Shown here: positions 40,286-50,853 of the stretch, piece after piece
Position numbering within the stretch: the first letter of the stretch is position 1
How the letters are laid out: every line of letters begins with the position of its first letter
Assembly: GCA_943788985.1 (NCBI GenBank)
Contig: CALSSJ010000010.1
Location: 160,001 to 224,000, forward strand
Length of the DNA: 64,000 nt
DNA from: an uncultured Lentisphaerales bacterium
GTDB taxonomy: Bacteria; Verrucomicrobiota; Lentisphaeria; JABSQK01; UBA12247
Direction of reading: 5' to 3'
Position numbers and translations under genes: made by a program
Notes under the pieces: model-generated
Told to the model about the DNA's origin: nothing
Seen by the model: the letters and a program-made list of their open reading frames with translations, nothing else
Databases searched by the model: none

Positions 40286-41176
40286 ATGTTCGAAGATTTA
40301 CAGGATTTTCTGGCGGTCATTAAGGTCGAATATGGCTTGGCCGATGCGACGGTCACGGCCTACAAGCGCGACCTGATTCAGTTTGCGGAGTTCGCACTCG
40401 ACGTAGGCATTGGCGATTGGGACCAAGTGACACTCGACCATGTCTACGACTTTCTCGACCTCCTGCAGGAGCGCGAGCTCGCGGCCTCTTCGATTGCTCG
40501 TAAGCTCGTGGCAGTGAAGGTCTTTTTTCGCCACCTGCTACAGGAAAGGCGGGTCGAGCGCAACGTGACCGAGGTGATGGAAGGCCCGCGTCTGTGGCAT
40601 ACGTTGCCCGATCTGCTCAGTGAAGCCGATGTGCGTAAGCTGCTGCGGCTACGGGCACGGGCGACGGATCCGCTTCATCAGCGCGATCACACCATGCTCG
40701 AGTTGTTGTACGCCAGCGGGCTTCGGGTCAGCGAGTTGGTCGGCTTACGCGATGACGATGTTCGCTTTGATATGGGCGTGCTGCGGGTGACTGGAAAGGG
40801 CGATAAGACCCGGGTGGTGCCATTCGGGCAGCCTGCGCGCCGGGCGCTCGACATCTACCGGCGCAAGACCCGGCCGCAGCTTTTGAAGGGAGCGAACATC
40901 GCCACTTTATTCCTGTCCCGAAATGGGAGGCCGCTGACGCGTGAGCGCATTTGGGGGATCGTGCGGCAGATGGGCCGCGAGTCCGGAATTCGGGTCCACA
41001 TTCACCCGCACATGCTGCGGCACTCCTTTGCCAGCCACTTGCTCAGCAACGGCGCCGACCTGCGCGTGATTCAGGAGATGCTCGGCCATGCGGATATCGC
41101 AACTACCCAGGTTTACACCCATGTCGAGCAGGATCGCTTGCTCTCGATTCACAAGCAATTTCACCCTCGCGCCTGA
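40286..41176 (+). CDS. xerD: Site-specific tyrosine recombinase XerD
   Basis: LELLYASGLRVSEL, GKGDKTR, HPHMLRHSFASHLL-x-NGADLRVIQEMLGHADIATTQVYTHV, C-terminal HPRA. Confidence 0.92.
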   Translation: MFEDLQDFLAVIKVEYGLADATVTAYKRDLIQFAEFALDVGIGDWDQVTLDHVYDFLDLLQERELAASSIARKLVAVKVFFRHLLQERRVERNVTEVMEGPRLWHTLPDLLSEADVRKLLRLRARATDPLHQRDHTMLELLYASGLRVSELVGLRDDDVRFDMGVLRVTGKGDKTRVVPFGQPARRALDIYRRKTRPQLLKGANIATLFLSRNGRPLTRERIWGIVRQMGRESGIRVHIHPHMLRHSFASHLLSNGADLRVIQEMLGHADIATTQVYTHVEQDRLLSIHKQFHPRA

Positions 41177-41209
41177 TAATTTTGCGAAGCGAGGCAGGCA
41201 CTTTAGGTC

Positions 41210-41400
41210 AACAAATGAGACTTTGCGGAGGGCAGTGATACCGCGTCCGTCAGCTGGTTTGGGACTTGACGTCGCCTTGACTGCGAAAGGAAAAAGGCGA
41301 CGGCCATATTCCAAAATCAGATCCACTTCGGCGCCGCTGTAGGCACAAGTGCCACACCAAGGTTGATTTGCCAGCCTGGCGAGCGCCAAGAACTGCAACC
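41210..41400 (-). pseudogene. Fragment of ATPase/DUF4143 (PD-(D/E)xK) gene
   Basis: GAEVDLILEYGRRLFPFAVKATSSP resembles a DUF4143 C-terminus (EVK replaced by AVK); the rest of the gene is missing. Confidence 0.5.
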
Positions 41401-41551
41401 GCCGGAAAATGCCCGCAAAGCTCCCTCAATCGTTGTTCGAGTAGGCAGGAGGTGTCGACGTCTTACTATTCGTATCTTGAACCCAATCCTTAATCATAGG
41501 AGTTCAGCTCCCATCATTCGCGATTAGTTTGTGGGGGCGAAGTGGCCTGCT

Positions 41552-43072
41552 TCAGGCTGGCTTTTTCTTGGCCTTCTTCTTCTTGGGCTCTGGGCCTGGA
41601 TCGTGGGGCACCTCGAACTCGGTGCGTAGCCGGTCGAGTTCCTGGTGCAGCTTGGCCCGGACGGTGGCGTACTCGGGGTTGTTGTAGAAGTTCCTGGTCT
41701 CGAGGGGGTCGGCCTTAAGATCGATCAGCTGCCACATGTCGACGTCTTTCTCGTAGAAGTGAATGAGCTTGTAGCGGGTGTCTACGACCGCGTAGTGTCG
41801 ACGTACGTCGTGTGCACCGGGAAATTCGTAGTAGTGGAAATAGTGGGTCTTGCGCCAATCATTCGGGGTGCTGCCTTGTAAGAGAGGCATCAGGCTGCGT
41901 CCTTGCATGTCGCCTGGATCTGGGGCGCCGGCCAGCTGAAGAAAGGTCTGGGCAAAGTCTATCGGAGAGACAATGTCGCTGTTGTGGCTCCCGGGCTTGA
42001 TGATGCCAGGCCAGCGGGCGACGAAGGGCGTGCGTAGGCTTTCTTCGTAGGCCCAGCGCTTGTCAAACCAGCCGTGCTCGCCGAGATAGAAGCCCTGGTC
42101 GGAGCTGTAGATAACGATGGTGTTTTCGGCCAAGCCTGCCTCTTCTAGATAGTCAAGGACGCGGCCAACAGCGTCGTCCACCGAGTCGATGCAGCGCAGG
42201 TAGTCCTTGACGTAGCGCTGATACTTCCACTGTAGGAGCTTCTTGCCCTCGAGTTTTGCTTCTTTGAAAGCCCTGTTCTTGGGATCGTAGGCAGCGCTCC
42301 AAGCTTTCATTTGTTCTGGGTTCAAGCGCGGGGGCGTGAGTTTGAGGTCTTTGGGGAACATGTGCCGCGAGATGGTCATGGTCTGGTTCATGGCCGGCGA
42401 GCCGAGACCTTCGTTTTCGGTAAACAGCGTGGGGGGCTCTGGGATGGTGACGTCGTCGTACTTGGTCAGGTACTTGGGGCCGGGCTGCCAGTTGCGGTGC
42501 GGTGCCTTGTGCTGGGTCATCAGCATGAAGGGTTTGTCGGGATCGCGCTCTTCTTTGAACCACTTGAGCGTGAGGTCGCTGATGATGTCGGTGGTGTAGC
42601 CGGTGTGGTTGACGGTGCCATCGGCGGTCAGCATCGGCGGGTTGTAGTAGGGGCCCTGGCCTTTGAGCACTTCGAAGTAGTCGAAGCCCTGAGGCTTGGA
42701 TTTCAGGTGCCACTTTCCCACCACGGCGGTCTGGTAGCCGGCCTGCTGGAGGAGCTTTGGAAAGGTCTGCTGGTCGCCGTTGAAGGTGTTGTCATTGCGA
42801 ATGAAGCCGTTGAGGTGGCTATATTTTCCAGTTTGGATGACGGCGCGCTGCGGACCACAGATGGAGTTGGTGACGTAGCATTGCTTGAAGAGGATGCCTT
42901 CGTTGGCAATGCGGTCAATGTTCGGGGTCTTGTTGATCTTGGACCCGTAGGCTGAGATGGCCTGATAGGCATGATCGTCTGAAAAGATGAAGACGATGTT
43001 AGGGCGCTTTGCTGACTCCGCAAACAGGCTCCCGGCGACGAGGCAAAGGAGTAGGGCAAGATGGCGAGGCAT
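41552..43072 (-). CDS. Secreted S1 sulfatase (N-acetylglucosamine-6-sulfatase-like)
   Basis: Signal peptide, [20 protein letters not shown] (CxPxR), [29 protein letters not shown]. Confidence 0.93.
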   Translation of the reverse strand: MPRHLALLLCLVAGSLFAESAKRPNIVFIFSDDHAYQAISAYGSKINKTPNIDRIANEGILFKQCYVTNSICGPQRAVIQTGKYSHLNGFIRNDNTFNGDQQTFPKLLQQAGYQTAVVGKWHLKSKPQGFDYFEVLKGQGPYYNPPMLTADGTVNHTGYTTDIISDLTLKWFKEERDPDKPFMLMTQHKAPHRNWQPGPKYLTKYDDVTIPEPPTLFTENEGLGSPAMNQTMTISRHMFPKDLKLTPPRLNPEQMKAWSAAYDPKNRAFKEAKLEGKKLLQWKYQRYVKDYLRCIDSVDDAVGRVLDYLEEAGLAENTIVIYSSDQGFYLGEHGWFDKRWAYEESLRTPFVARWPGIIKPGSHNSDIVSPIDFAQTFLQLAGAPDPGDMQGRSLMPLLQGSTPNDWRKTHYFHYYEFPGAHDVRRHYAVVDTRYKLIHFYEKDVDMWQLIDLKADPLETRNFYNNPEYATVRAKLHQELDRLRTEFEVPHDPGPEPKKKKAKKKPA

Positions 43073-43277
43073 ATAGAGGCTCCAGACTTAGGACCTTCTT
43101 AAACTACACACCGAATGGTCAGCGACAACCCCAACTGACGGCGGTCGCTAGCAAAGCTTGTAGTACCCTAGCTAGAAGTGATTGGATCCTAGTTGCATGC
43201 AGCTGGACGCTATGTATACTTTTTGGTTGGCATATCAAACAGATGGTTTACATGCGGATCAGCGCGGAGGCGAGAGG

Positions 43278-45467
43278 ATGAAATTCCTAGGAATAGTGAC
43301 AGCGATATTGGTTGCGATGTTCGCAACTGGGGGAGAGGAGAGGGAAGCGTCGCAGCTGAGCGATACGGTGATTATTGGGGATGCCGCGGCGGTGATGGCG
43401 CTTTCTGGTTCTGGGGCGGTGTTGGAGACGGCAGCGATCCGCACGCAGTCCTATGATGACGTGAATCGCGTGCTGCGGCGCGTGCCTGGCGTCTATGTGC
43501 GTGAGGAGGATGGCTTTGGGCTGTTCCCGAACTTGAGCCTGCGCGGTGTGGACACGAACCGCAGCAGCAAGCTGACGATGATGGAGGACGGGATCCTCAC
43601 GGCGCCCGCGCCGTATTCTGCGCCTTCGGCCTACTATTCCCCAACAGTTGGGCGCATGAGCGGCGTGGAGGTGCTAAAGGGCTCCAGTCAAGTGCGCTAT
43701 GGACCGCATACAACGGGCGGGGCGATCAACTACCTATCTACGCCGATTCCAGAAGCGGAGCAGGGCTATTTAAAGCTGTCGCTGGGCACTGACGAAGAGA
43801 TGCGGATTCACGGGCACTACGGGACTGTCGTCGAGACGGAGCTGGGCCGTGTGGGCTTGTTGGTGGAAGGCTACTACCGGCAGGCGGGGGGCTTTCGGAT
43901 TATTGATGGCGTGGATGGCGAAACGATCAATCGTGACGATACGGGCTTCGAGAATATGGAGCCGATGTTGAAGCTGAGCTGGGAGCCGAAGACGTACCGG
44001 TACCAGCAGTTCGAGCTGAAGCTGGGCTACACGGATCGCGTGGCGAATGAGACCTACCTGGGCCTGACCGATGCGGACTTCGCAAAGGATTCGACGCGTC
44101 GCTACGCAGCGACGCGCTTTGATCAGATTGAAGCAGATCACACGCGGAACTATTTGAAGCATGTGATCGACCTGTCGGATACGGTGATGCTGGAAACGAC
44201 GCTGTATCACAACCGCTTACACCGCAATTGGTACAAGCTGAACAAGGTGAATGGGAATGACTTGTCCGGGGCGCTTGCCGCTGGTGGCGCCGATCTGGAT
44301 ACCCTGCGGGGTTTGGCCGCCGGGACGTTTCGGGTGAAGGCGAACAACCGCAACTATGAGCTGTATGGGGCGCAAACGACGGCAAGCTGGGATCTGGACG
44401 GGCATCAGCTGACGCTGGGAGCCCGCTATCACACGGACTGGATTCGGCGCTACCAATGGGAGGATCGCTATACGCAGGACGCCAGTGGCGCGATCACGGG
44501 GATCGAAAGCTTCTACAAGGGCCCCGACAGCGCTGGAGACCGTTGGCAGGAGACGCAAGCGGTGGCGCTGTTTGTCGAAGATGAGATCACGGTGGGACAA
44601 CTGACGCTGACGCCTGGAATTCGCTTTGAGAGCTTGGAGTATGAGCACATCCGTTATGACAATGGAACGCGCGGACGCGGCTCGCTAGGAACCTGGGCAG
44701 CTGGCCTTGGAGCAACCTATGAGCTCGATGAGCAGAACACCGTGTTCGGCGGCATCCACCGCGGGATTTCGACACCGGGCCCGCGTGCGAACCTGGCAAA
44801 TGGGATCGAGCATGAGACGAGCCTGGCGTTGGAGCTGGGCCTGCGCCACGACAATGGCAAGGGATTCAGCAGTGAGCTTGTGCTGTTTCGCAGTGCCTTC
44901 GACAATCTATTCGTGGATGGAAACGTGGGTGGCACGGGATCGGGGGATTCCGACAACGCTGGGAGCGTGATCTCTCAGGGCCTGGAATTGAAGGCGAGCT
45001 ATGATGCTGGCGAGGCCAACGACTGGTCCTTCAGTCAGCCAACCTTTGTCTCGCTTACCGCGACTGACGCGACTCTTGATGGGGACGCAAAGGCAAGTGA
45101 CCCTGAGTCGATCTTTGCCGGTGGGAAGGACGGGAATCGCGTGCCCTATATTCCGCAGCTGCAGCTGACGGTCGGGACCGGAATTGCCTTTGAGCGCTGG
45201 GGGCTGGAGGTCCTGGGGACGTGGGTAGACGAGACTTACACGACAGCGGACAATGTCTCGAACTCGACGACAGATGTCCGGTTTGGTAAGACGGATGATT
45301 ATCTTGTGGTGGATCTGGCCGCATGGTACAGCGTCAGCGAGATCGTGAAAATCACCGGCTCGGTGCGGAACCTTCTCGATGACGAGTATGTCGTAACGAG
45401 GCATCCACATGGTGCTCGTGGGGGCCGTCCTATTTCCGCAATCCTTGGTCTAGAGATTCAGTTCTGA
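43278..45467 (+). CDS. TonB-dependent receptor (FecA-like)
   Basis: Signal peptide, LRRVPGVYVREEDGFGLFPNLSLRG, EVLKGSSQVRYGP, NLLDDEY, terminal Phe. Confidence 0.92.
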   Translation: MKFLGIVTAILVAMFATGGEEREASQLSDTVIIGDAAAVMALSGSGAVLETAAIRTQSYDDVNRVLRRVPGVYVREEDGFGLFPNLSLRGVDTNRSSKLTMMEDGILTAPAPYSAPSAYYSPTVGRMSGVEVLKGSSQVRYGPHTTGGAINYLSTPIPEAEQGYLKLSLGTDEEMRIHGHYGTVVETELGRVGLLVEGYYRQAGGFRIIDGVDGETINRDDTGFENMEPMLKLSWEPKTYRYQQFELKLGYTDRVANETYLGLTDADFAKDSTRRYAATRFDQIEADHTRNYLKHVIDLSDTVMLETTLYHNRLHRNWYKLNKVNGNDLSGALAAGGADLDTLRGLAAGTFRVKANNRNYELYGAQTTASWDLDGHQLTLGARYHTDWIRRYQWEDRYTQDASGAITGIESFYKGPDSAGDRWQETQAVALFVEDEITVGQLTLTPGIRFESLEYEHIRYDNGTRGRGSLGTWAAGLGATYELDEQNTVFGGIHRGISTPGPRANLANGIEHETSLALELGLRHDNGKGFSSELVLFRSAFDNLFVDGNVGGTGSGDSDNAGSVISQGLELKASYDAGEANDWSFSQPTFVSLTATDATLDGDAKASDPESIFAGGKDGNRVPYIPQLQLTVGTGIAFERWGLEVLGTWVDETYTTADNVSNSTTDVRFGKTDDYLVVDLAAWYSVSEIVKITGSVRNLLDDEYVVTRHPHGARGGRPISAILGLEIQF

Positions 45468-46090
45468 TTTTACTCCGCACGCTTCTTGTCCTCGTCACTC
45501 TGGCGTTGGTTGCGAACTGCGCACCGGCGCGGCCCGTGGTGCTGTTTATGGGAGACAGCCTGACCGCTGGTTATGGTGTGGACCCAGATGAGGCCTACCC
45601 AGTCGTCGTGGCTGCTGGGTTGAAAGAGCAGGGCGTGGCGGCGCGCGTGATCAATGGCGGCGTGAGTGGGGAGACGACCGCCGGCGGGCGGACCCGGATT
45701 GGGTGGCTGATGAAGCAGCAGGTAGATGTCCTGGTGCTCGCACTGGGGGCCAACGATGGCCTGCGTGGTGTGGCGCCGGAGGCGTCGGCGAAGAATTTGA
45801 GTGCGATCATCGAGTTGGCTCGTGAGGCGAACCCGAGAATTAAGATCTTGTTGGCTGGGATGAAGGTCCCGCCCAACATGGGTGCGGAGTTCTCAAAGAA
45901 GTTCGAGGCGATTTTTGCGGAGATTGCGAAGGAGGATGAGGTGGCGTTTCTACCCTTCTTATTGGAGGGGGTAGGCGGGGTCGACGCGATGAACCTAGCG
46001 GATGGGATTCACCCGAATGCTGCGGGGCAGCGAGCGATCGCCGCGCTGGTTTTGCCGAAGTTGCTGCCGCTGCTGGGGAGAGCGGAGTAA
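45464..46090 (+). CDS. SGNH arylesterase/thioesterase (TesA-like); start uncertain
   Basis: GDSLTAGYG, NGGVSGETTAGG, LGANDGLRG, DGIHPN. An in-frame signal peptide extends back to CTG 45464. Confidence 0.88.
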   Translation: MILLRTLLVLVTLALVANCAPARPVVLFMGDSLTAGYGVDPDEAYPVVVAAGLKEQGVAARVINGGVSGETTAGGRTRIGWLMKQQVDVLVLALGANDGLRGVAPEASAKNLSAIIELAREANPRIKILLAGMKVPPNMGAEFSKKFEAIFAEIAKEDEVAFLPFLLEGVGGVDAMNLADGIHPNAAGQRAIAALVLPKLLPLLGRAE

Positions 46091-46357
46091 GCCGAGCGAG
46101 TGGGCCGGTCCGAACGGATTGCCTCGCGATGCCAAGCCTAGGCGTAATAGGAGAAGTAGGATCAATGTCCGTTAACGCGCCTGCCGCGTTAGAGTGCGTA
46201 ACCTGATGAATGTGACAGCGTTAGATACGTCTCTGGCGCGTCAGAATCCTGCCTAGGATACAGCTAAAATTGTGAACTCCGACGGGCTTCGCCGTTACCC
46301 ATTTCTACACCAAATTGCCCTTTGGACGACCCAATCAACAGATCGCGATGGGCTAAC

Positions 46358-47599
46358 TCAGCCGAAGTCGTCGAAGCTGATCATATCGCGTTCTACACCG
46401 AGGCTGTCGAGCATGTTCTCGACGGCACTAAGCATCATCGGCGGGCCACAGAGGTAGTACTCGCAGTCCTCTGGAGCGTCATGATCCCGGAGGTAGTTCT
46501 CGAACGCCGCGGTATGAATGAAGCCGCGCATCCCGGTCCAGTTGTCCTCGGGCATGGGCTCCGAAAGGGCCACGTTGAAGGTGAAGTTCGGGAACTCCTT
46601 CTCAATGGCGCGAAAGTGGTCGTCGTAGAACATTTCGCGCAGGGAGCGGGCTCCATACCAATAGGAAACTTTGCGGCCGGTTTTGAGTGTGTGAAAGAGA
46701 TGGAAGATGTGCGAGCGCAATGGCGCCATACCTGCACCACCACCGATGTAGACCATCTCGCGCTCTGTCTCTCTGATGAAGAACTCTCCGTAGGCACCGG
46801 AGATGGTGACCTTATCACCTGGCTTCCGGCTGAAGACGTAGGAGGAGGCGAGGCCTGGGTTTACATCCATGAAGCCGCCTTTGGCGCGGTCGAAGGGCGG
46901 CGTAGCGATGCGAATGTTCAGCATCACGATGTTGCCCTCGGCCGGGTGGTTGGCCATGGAGTAGGCCCGGATGACTTCTTCGTTGTTGACCGTCTTGAGG
47001 CCCCACATTTTGAACTTGTCCCAGTCGCCGCGGTACTCTTCATCAATATCAAAATCTTCGAAGGATGCTTCGAACTTGGGGACTTCAATCTGAATGTAGC
47101 CACCGGATTCGAAGGGGAGGGTCTCACCTTCGGGGAGCTTGACGACGAATTCTTTGATGAAAGTGGCCACGTTGTCGTTGGAGACTACTTCACATTCCCA
47201 CTTGTTGATCGAGAAGATCTCAGCAGGAATCTCGATCTCCATGTCTTCTTTGACCTTGACTTGGCAGGAGAGGCGCCAGTTCTCACGCTCCTCCTTGCGA
47301 TTGATGTGGCTTTTCTCGGTGGGGAGAATTTCGCCACCACCGCTCTTGACCTGGCATTTGCAGACGCCGCAGGTGCCGCCGCCACCACAGGCTGACGGGA
47401 GCAGGACGCCGTTCGATGAGAGGGTGTTGAGCAGGGTGGTGCCCGCTGGGACCTCGAGAGTCTTGCTGGCGTCACCGTTGATCAGGATATTGACGGCACC
47501 CTTGTTGACGAGTTTCGACTCGGCGATGAGGATGGCGATGGTCAGCGCGACTCCGACTGCGGTCAGAATGAGGATGCTGGCGATAATAGTAGTTGTCAT
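46358..47599 (-). CDS. nqrF: Na+-translocating NADH:quinone reductase subunit F
   Basis: [46 protein letters not shown], terminal DDFG. Confidence 0.97.
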   Translation of the reverse strand: MTTTIIASILILTAVGVALTIAILIAESKLVNKGAVNILINGDASKTLEVPAGTTLLNTLSSNGVLLPSACGGGGTCGVCKCQVKSGGGEILPTEKSHINRKEERENWRLSCQVKVKEDMEIEIPAEIFSINKWECEVVSNDNVATFIKEFVVKLPEGETLPFESGGYIQIEVPKFEASFEDFDIDEEYRGDWDKFKMWGLKTVNNEEVIRAYSMANHPAEGNIVMLNIRIATPPFDRAKGGFMDVNPGLASSYVFSRKPGDKVTISGAYGEFFIRETEREMVYIGGGAGMAPLRSHIFHLFHTLKTGRKVSYWYGARSLREMFYDDHFRAIEKEFPNFTFNVALSEPMPEDNWTGMRGFIHTAAFENYLRDHDAPEDCEYYLCGPPMMLSAVENMLDSLGVERDMISFDDFG

Positions 47600-47623
47600 G
47601 AGTAAGCTCTGCCTGAAGTCGTG

Positions 47624-48247
47624 CTATTGCGCTAGATTCATGCCGGCGAAGGCCATGAAAGCCATGGATATCAAACCGGTCACAAGCATGGTGATCCCAA
47701 GGCCGCGAAGGCCGACTGGGATGTTTGAGTACCGAAGTTTCTGTCGGATTGCGGCCAGGGCCATGATGGCAATTGCCCAGCCAAGGCCGGAAGCGAAACC
47801 AAACTCCACAGATTGAACCAAGGTGTATTCGCGCTCCCACATGAACAGGGATGCGCCGAGGATGGCGCAGTTCACGGTAATGAGCGGGAGGTAGACGCCG
47901 AGCTTGTTGTACAGGCCCGCAGAGAACTTCTCGATGAACATCTCGATGATCTGCACAAACGCTGCGATGACCGCAATGAAGGCAATGAAGTTGAGGAAGC
48001 TGAGATCGACGCCTGGAAGACCAGCCCAGGCGAGTGCACCATCACGAAGCAGGAACTCACCAAGTGCCCAGTTCAAGGGGGTAGCGAGGGTCAGGACGAA
48101 GATCACTGCTAAGCCGAGATCCATTGCGGTCGAGACCTGCTTGGAGCAAGCGAGGTAGGTACACATCCCGAGAAAGAATGACAGTAAGATATTCTTGACG
48201 AAGATCATCTCGATGATGAAATTCAAATGGTTTCCAATGTCGCCCAT
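47624..48247 (-). CDS. nqrE: Na+-NQR subunit E
   Basis: [32 protein letters not shown]. Confidence 0.95.
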   Translation of the reverse strand: MGDIGNHLNFIIEMIFVKNILLSFFLGMCTYLACSKQVSTAMDLGLAVIFVLTLATPLNWALGEFLLRDGALAWAGLPGVDLSFLNFIAFIAVIAAFVQIIEMFIEKFSAGLYNKLGVYLPLITVNCAILGASLFMWEREYTLVQSVEFGFASGLGWAIAIMALAAIRQKLRYSNIPVGLRGLGITMLVTGLISMAFMAFAGMNLAQ

Positions 48248-48250
48248 GAT

Positions 48251-48886
48251 CTAACTCTCCTCTTGTGGACTGAGGGTTCGTTGCACCCAGATGATCAGGC
48301 CGAGCAGAATAAAGGCGCCTGGGGCTAGGACCATCATGCCGTTGTTCGAGTAGCCGAGCTCGTAGGCTTCTGCAGGAATGACTTTGACGCCCATCACGGA
48401 GCCGGAGCCGAGTAGCTCGCGAGCAAAGCCAACGAGCGCGATGATGAATGCGTATCCGAGCCCGTTGCCGAGACCGTCAAGCAGCGATGGCCAAACTTTG
48501 TTGCCCATGGCAAATGCCTCGAGACGTCCGAGAACAATGCAGTTGGTGATGATCAGTCCGACGAATACGGATAGCTGGAGCGACATGTCGTAGGCGAAGG
48601 CTTTGAGCAACTGGTCCACGAGAATCACCAAGGTGGCGACGACGATCATCTCGATGATGATCCGGACCTGACCGGGAATCAACTTGCGGATCAATGAGAC
48701 GATGATGTTGGAGCCACAAACCACAGCGATTACAGCCAAGCCCATGACAATGGAAGGCTGGAGCTTGGCGGTGACGGCCAGTGCGGAGCAGATTCCCAAA
48801 ACCTGAATGGTAATGGGGTTGTTATCACTAAACGGGTCGGTAAAGACCTTTTTATTCTCGTCCGAGAAGAGTTCGCCGGATGCCAT
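48251..48886 (-). CDS. nqrD: Na+-NQR subunit D
   Basis: NNPITIQVLGICSALAVT, LSVFVGLIITNCIVLGRLEAFA. Confidence 0.95.
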   Translation of the reverse strand: MASGELFSDENKKVFTDPFSDNNPITIQVLGICSALAVTAKLQPSIVMGLAVIAVVCGSNIIVSLIRKLIPGQVRIIIEMIVVATLVILVDQLLKAFAYDMSLQLSVFVGLIITNCIVLGRLEAFAMGNKVWPSLLDGLGNGLGYAFIIALVGFARELLGSGSVMGVKVIPAEAYELGYSNNGMMVLAPGAFILLGLIIWVQRTLSPQEES

Positions 48887-48888
48887 GG

Positions 48889-49671
48889 CTACCTATCTCC
48901 CTTTCTTATCTTCTCAAAGTAGGAACCGTATGCCTGCAAATAAAGCTTGAGCATGTCAGTGACGCCGTCGCTGGTGATGGTCGCCCCGCTGATGCCGTCG
49001 ACTTCATGCAAGGAGTCTTCGTCTGCCATTCCCGGCTTCATTACCTTTACGGATTGGAATGTGCCTTCGATGTCACGAACGGCCTTGCCGACGAAGTTCT
49101 GCTGGAACCAAGGCTCGGTTATCTCTGCGCCGAGGCCTGGGGTTTCCTTATGGGAGTAGAAGGTGATGCCGCGGAGCGTGTTGAGGTCGCTGTCGAGTGA
49201 GACATAGCCAAAGATGCGTCCCCAGAGGCCGTCACCAACAATCGGGATGGCATAGGCGGCAATGGTGCCGTCGTCGCCACGAAGCTGATAGACAGGGAGC
49301 TGGATGCCAGCGGTCTCTTCTTCCGAGAGGACGGTGCCTTTCTCTTCGCTCAAGAGCAGCTTGTACTGGTTCTGGAGCTTCTTGGCGAGATCGAGCTTGG
49401 TGATATCTGCGCCCTCAATGGCCGTCCCGGTGCTGTCAACGACGACGCTCTCGATTGTGGTGTAGGCTTTAGTGATGCCAGCAGCAGTGGGCTTGGCACC
49501 CAAGTCCACATTAAAGGCCTTGAGGATGTTCCGCTGCTTGTCCAGTTTGACGTTGGCCTGCTTGCGGGACTTGAGCCCCTCAGAGGCAGCGGACAAGAGC
49601 AGGGAGCTGATCACCAAGATAATCCCGGTGAAGAGCAAGACCTGGATACTTGATTTTTCAGGCTTCGACAC
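48889..49671 (-). CDS. nqrC: Na+-NQR subunit C
   Basis: GDGLWG, HKETPGLGAEI, FMN attachment motif VDGISGATITS. Confidence 0.95.
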   Translation of the reverse strand: MSKPEKSSIQVLLFTGIILVISSLLLSAASEGLKSRKQANVKLDKQRNILKAFNVDLGAKPTAAGITKAYTTIESVVVDSTGTAIEGADITKLDLAKKLQNQYKLLLSEEKGTVLSEEETAGIQLPVYQLRGDDGTIAAYAIPIVGDGLWGRIFGYVSLDSDLNTLRGITFYSHKETPGLGAEITEPWFQQNFVGKAVRDIEGTFQSVKVMKPGMADEDSLHEVDGISGATITSDGVTDMLKLYLQAYGSYFEKIRKGDR

Positions 49672-50836
49672 GTTTCATCCTCCAGGCCATGTGGCGGGAA
49701 ATCACGAAGTAGTCAATGAGCGGCGCGAAGGCGTTCATGAACAAGATTGCGAGCATCATGCCTTCAGGGAAGGCTGGATTAAGAGTACGGATGACGATGG
49801 CGAGGAAGCCGATCAGAAACCCGTAGATCCATTTTCCGGTGTTGCTCTGGGCGGCTGAGACCGGATCGGTGGCCATGAAGACGAGGCCGAAGGCAAAACC
49901 GCCGCTGACTAAGTGGTAACAGAATGGTAGCGCGTTAATGGCGGTGTTATCCTTGCATGCCTGATTGAGCAGGAAGCAGGTGATAAAGGCGCCGATGAGA
50001 ACGCCGAGCATGGTGCGCCAACTGCCGATCCCGGTTGCGACCAAGTAGACCGCGCCCAGCAAACAGCAGAGGGTGGATGTCTCACCGATGGAGCCCGGAA
50101 TAAGCCCAAGGAAGAGATTGGACCAGCCACCGAAAGCTCCGCTGACGCGATCGACGACTTGGACACCGTCTTGCGCAGCTGCGACGAGTAGGGGAGTGGC
50201 ACCGCTAACACCATCGACGCCATCCTTTACGACTCGCCAGACCTGATCGCCGGAAATCTGAGCGGGATAGGCAAAGAAGAGGAAGGCACGAGCGGTGAGA
50301 GCAGGGTTGAAGATATTCATCCCAGTGCCACCAAATACTTCCTTACCAATGACGACACCAAAGCTGATACCGACAGCTACCTGCCAGAGCGGTATGGTGG
50401 GGGGTAAGACAAGCGGGAATAGTAGACCAGTAACCAAGAATCCCTCGTTGATCTCATGTTTGCGGACCACTGAGAAGACCAACTCCCAGATGCCACCCAC
50501 AGCGTAGCTACAGATGACGATTGGCATGACGCGGAGAGCGCCTTCCCAGAGGCACCGGTGGATATCGGTGGGCTGCCCCGGGGCGATGCCGGTCAAGTAT
50601 TGATAGCCAGCATTGTAGATGCCGAACAGCAGGCAAGGCATTAGGGCAACGATAACGCTGGCCATGTAACGCTTGCTGTCGATGGAGTCCCGCACATGGC
50701 ACCCACTCGCGGTGCGCTCGCGGGATACGAACAAAAAGGTCTCTTTTGCTTCGAAAAGCGGATAGAGAAGCTCTAGTTTGCCGCCCTTCTCGAAAAGAGG
50801 CCGCGCTTTGTCAAAAGCGTCTTGAATAAATCGCAC
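49658..50836 (-). CDS. nqrB: Na+-NQR subunit B
   Basis: HVRDSIDSKR, KEVFGGTGMNIFNPAL, DGVSGATPL, FMATDPVS, PEGMMLAILF. Confidence 0.96.
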   Translation of the reverse strand: MRFIQDAFDKARPLFEKGGKLELLYPLFEAKETFLFVSRERTASGCHVRDSIDSKRYMASVIVALMPCLLFGIYNAGYQYLTGIAPGQPTDIHRCLWEGALRVMPIVICSYAVGGIWELVFSVVRKHEINEGFLVTGLLFPLVLPPTIPLWQVAVGISFGVVIGKEVFGGTGMNIFNPALTARAFLFFAYPAQISGDQVWRVVKDGVDGVSGATPLLVAAAQDGVQVVDRVSGAFGGWSNLFLGLIPGSIGETSTLCCLLGAVYLVATGIGSWRTMLGVLIGAFITCFLLNQACKDNTAINALPFCYHLVSGGFAFGLVFMATDPVSAAQSNTGKWIYGFLIGFLAIVIRTLNPAFPEGMMLAILFMNAFAPLIDYFVISRHMAWRMKRVEA

Positions 50837-50853
50837 TCAATTACCTCTTGGTC

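Noticed and set aside
40286..41176. Integrase of a prophage or island
   Set aside because: Sequence is typical housekeeping XerD (C-terminal HPRA). No phage genes, and I saw no duplicated tRNA 3' ends.
42840..42875. Unusual sulfatase motif CGPQR
   Set aside because: It still fits the CxPxR consensus.
46173..46191. Hairpin TAACGCG-cctgc-CGCGTTA between tesA-like and nqrF
   Set aside because: No U-tract on either strand and no second copy noticed, so it cannot be called a terminator, REP or ncRNA.
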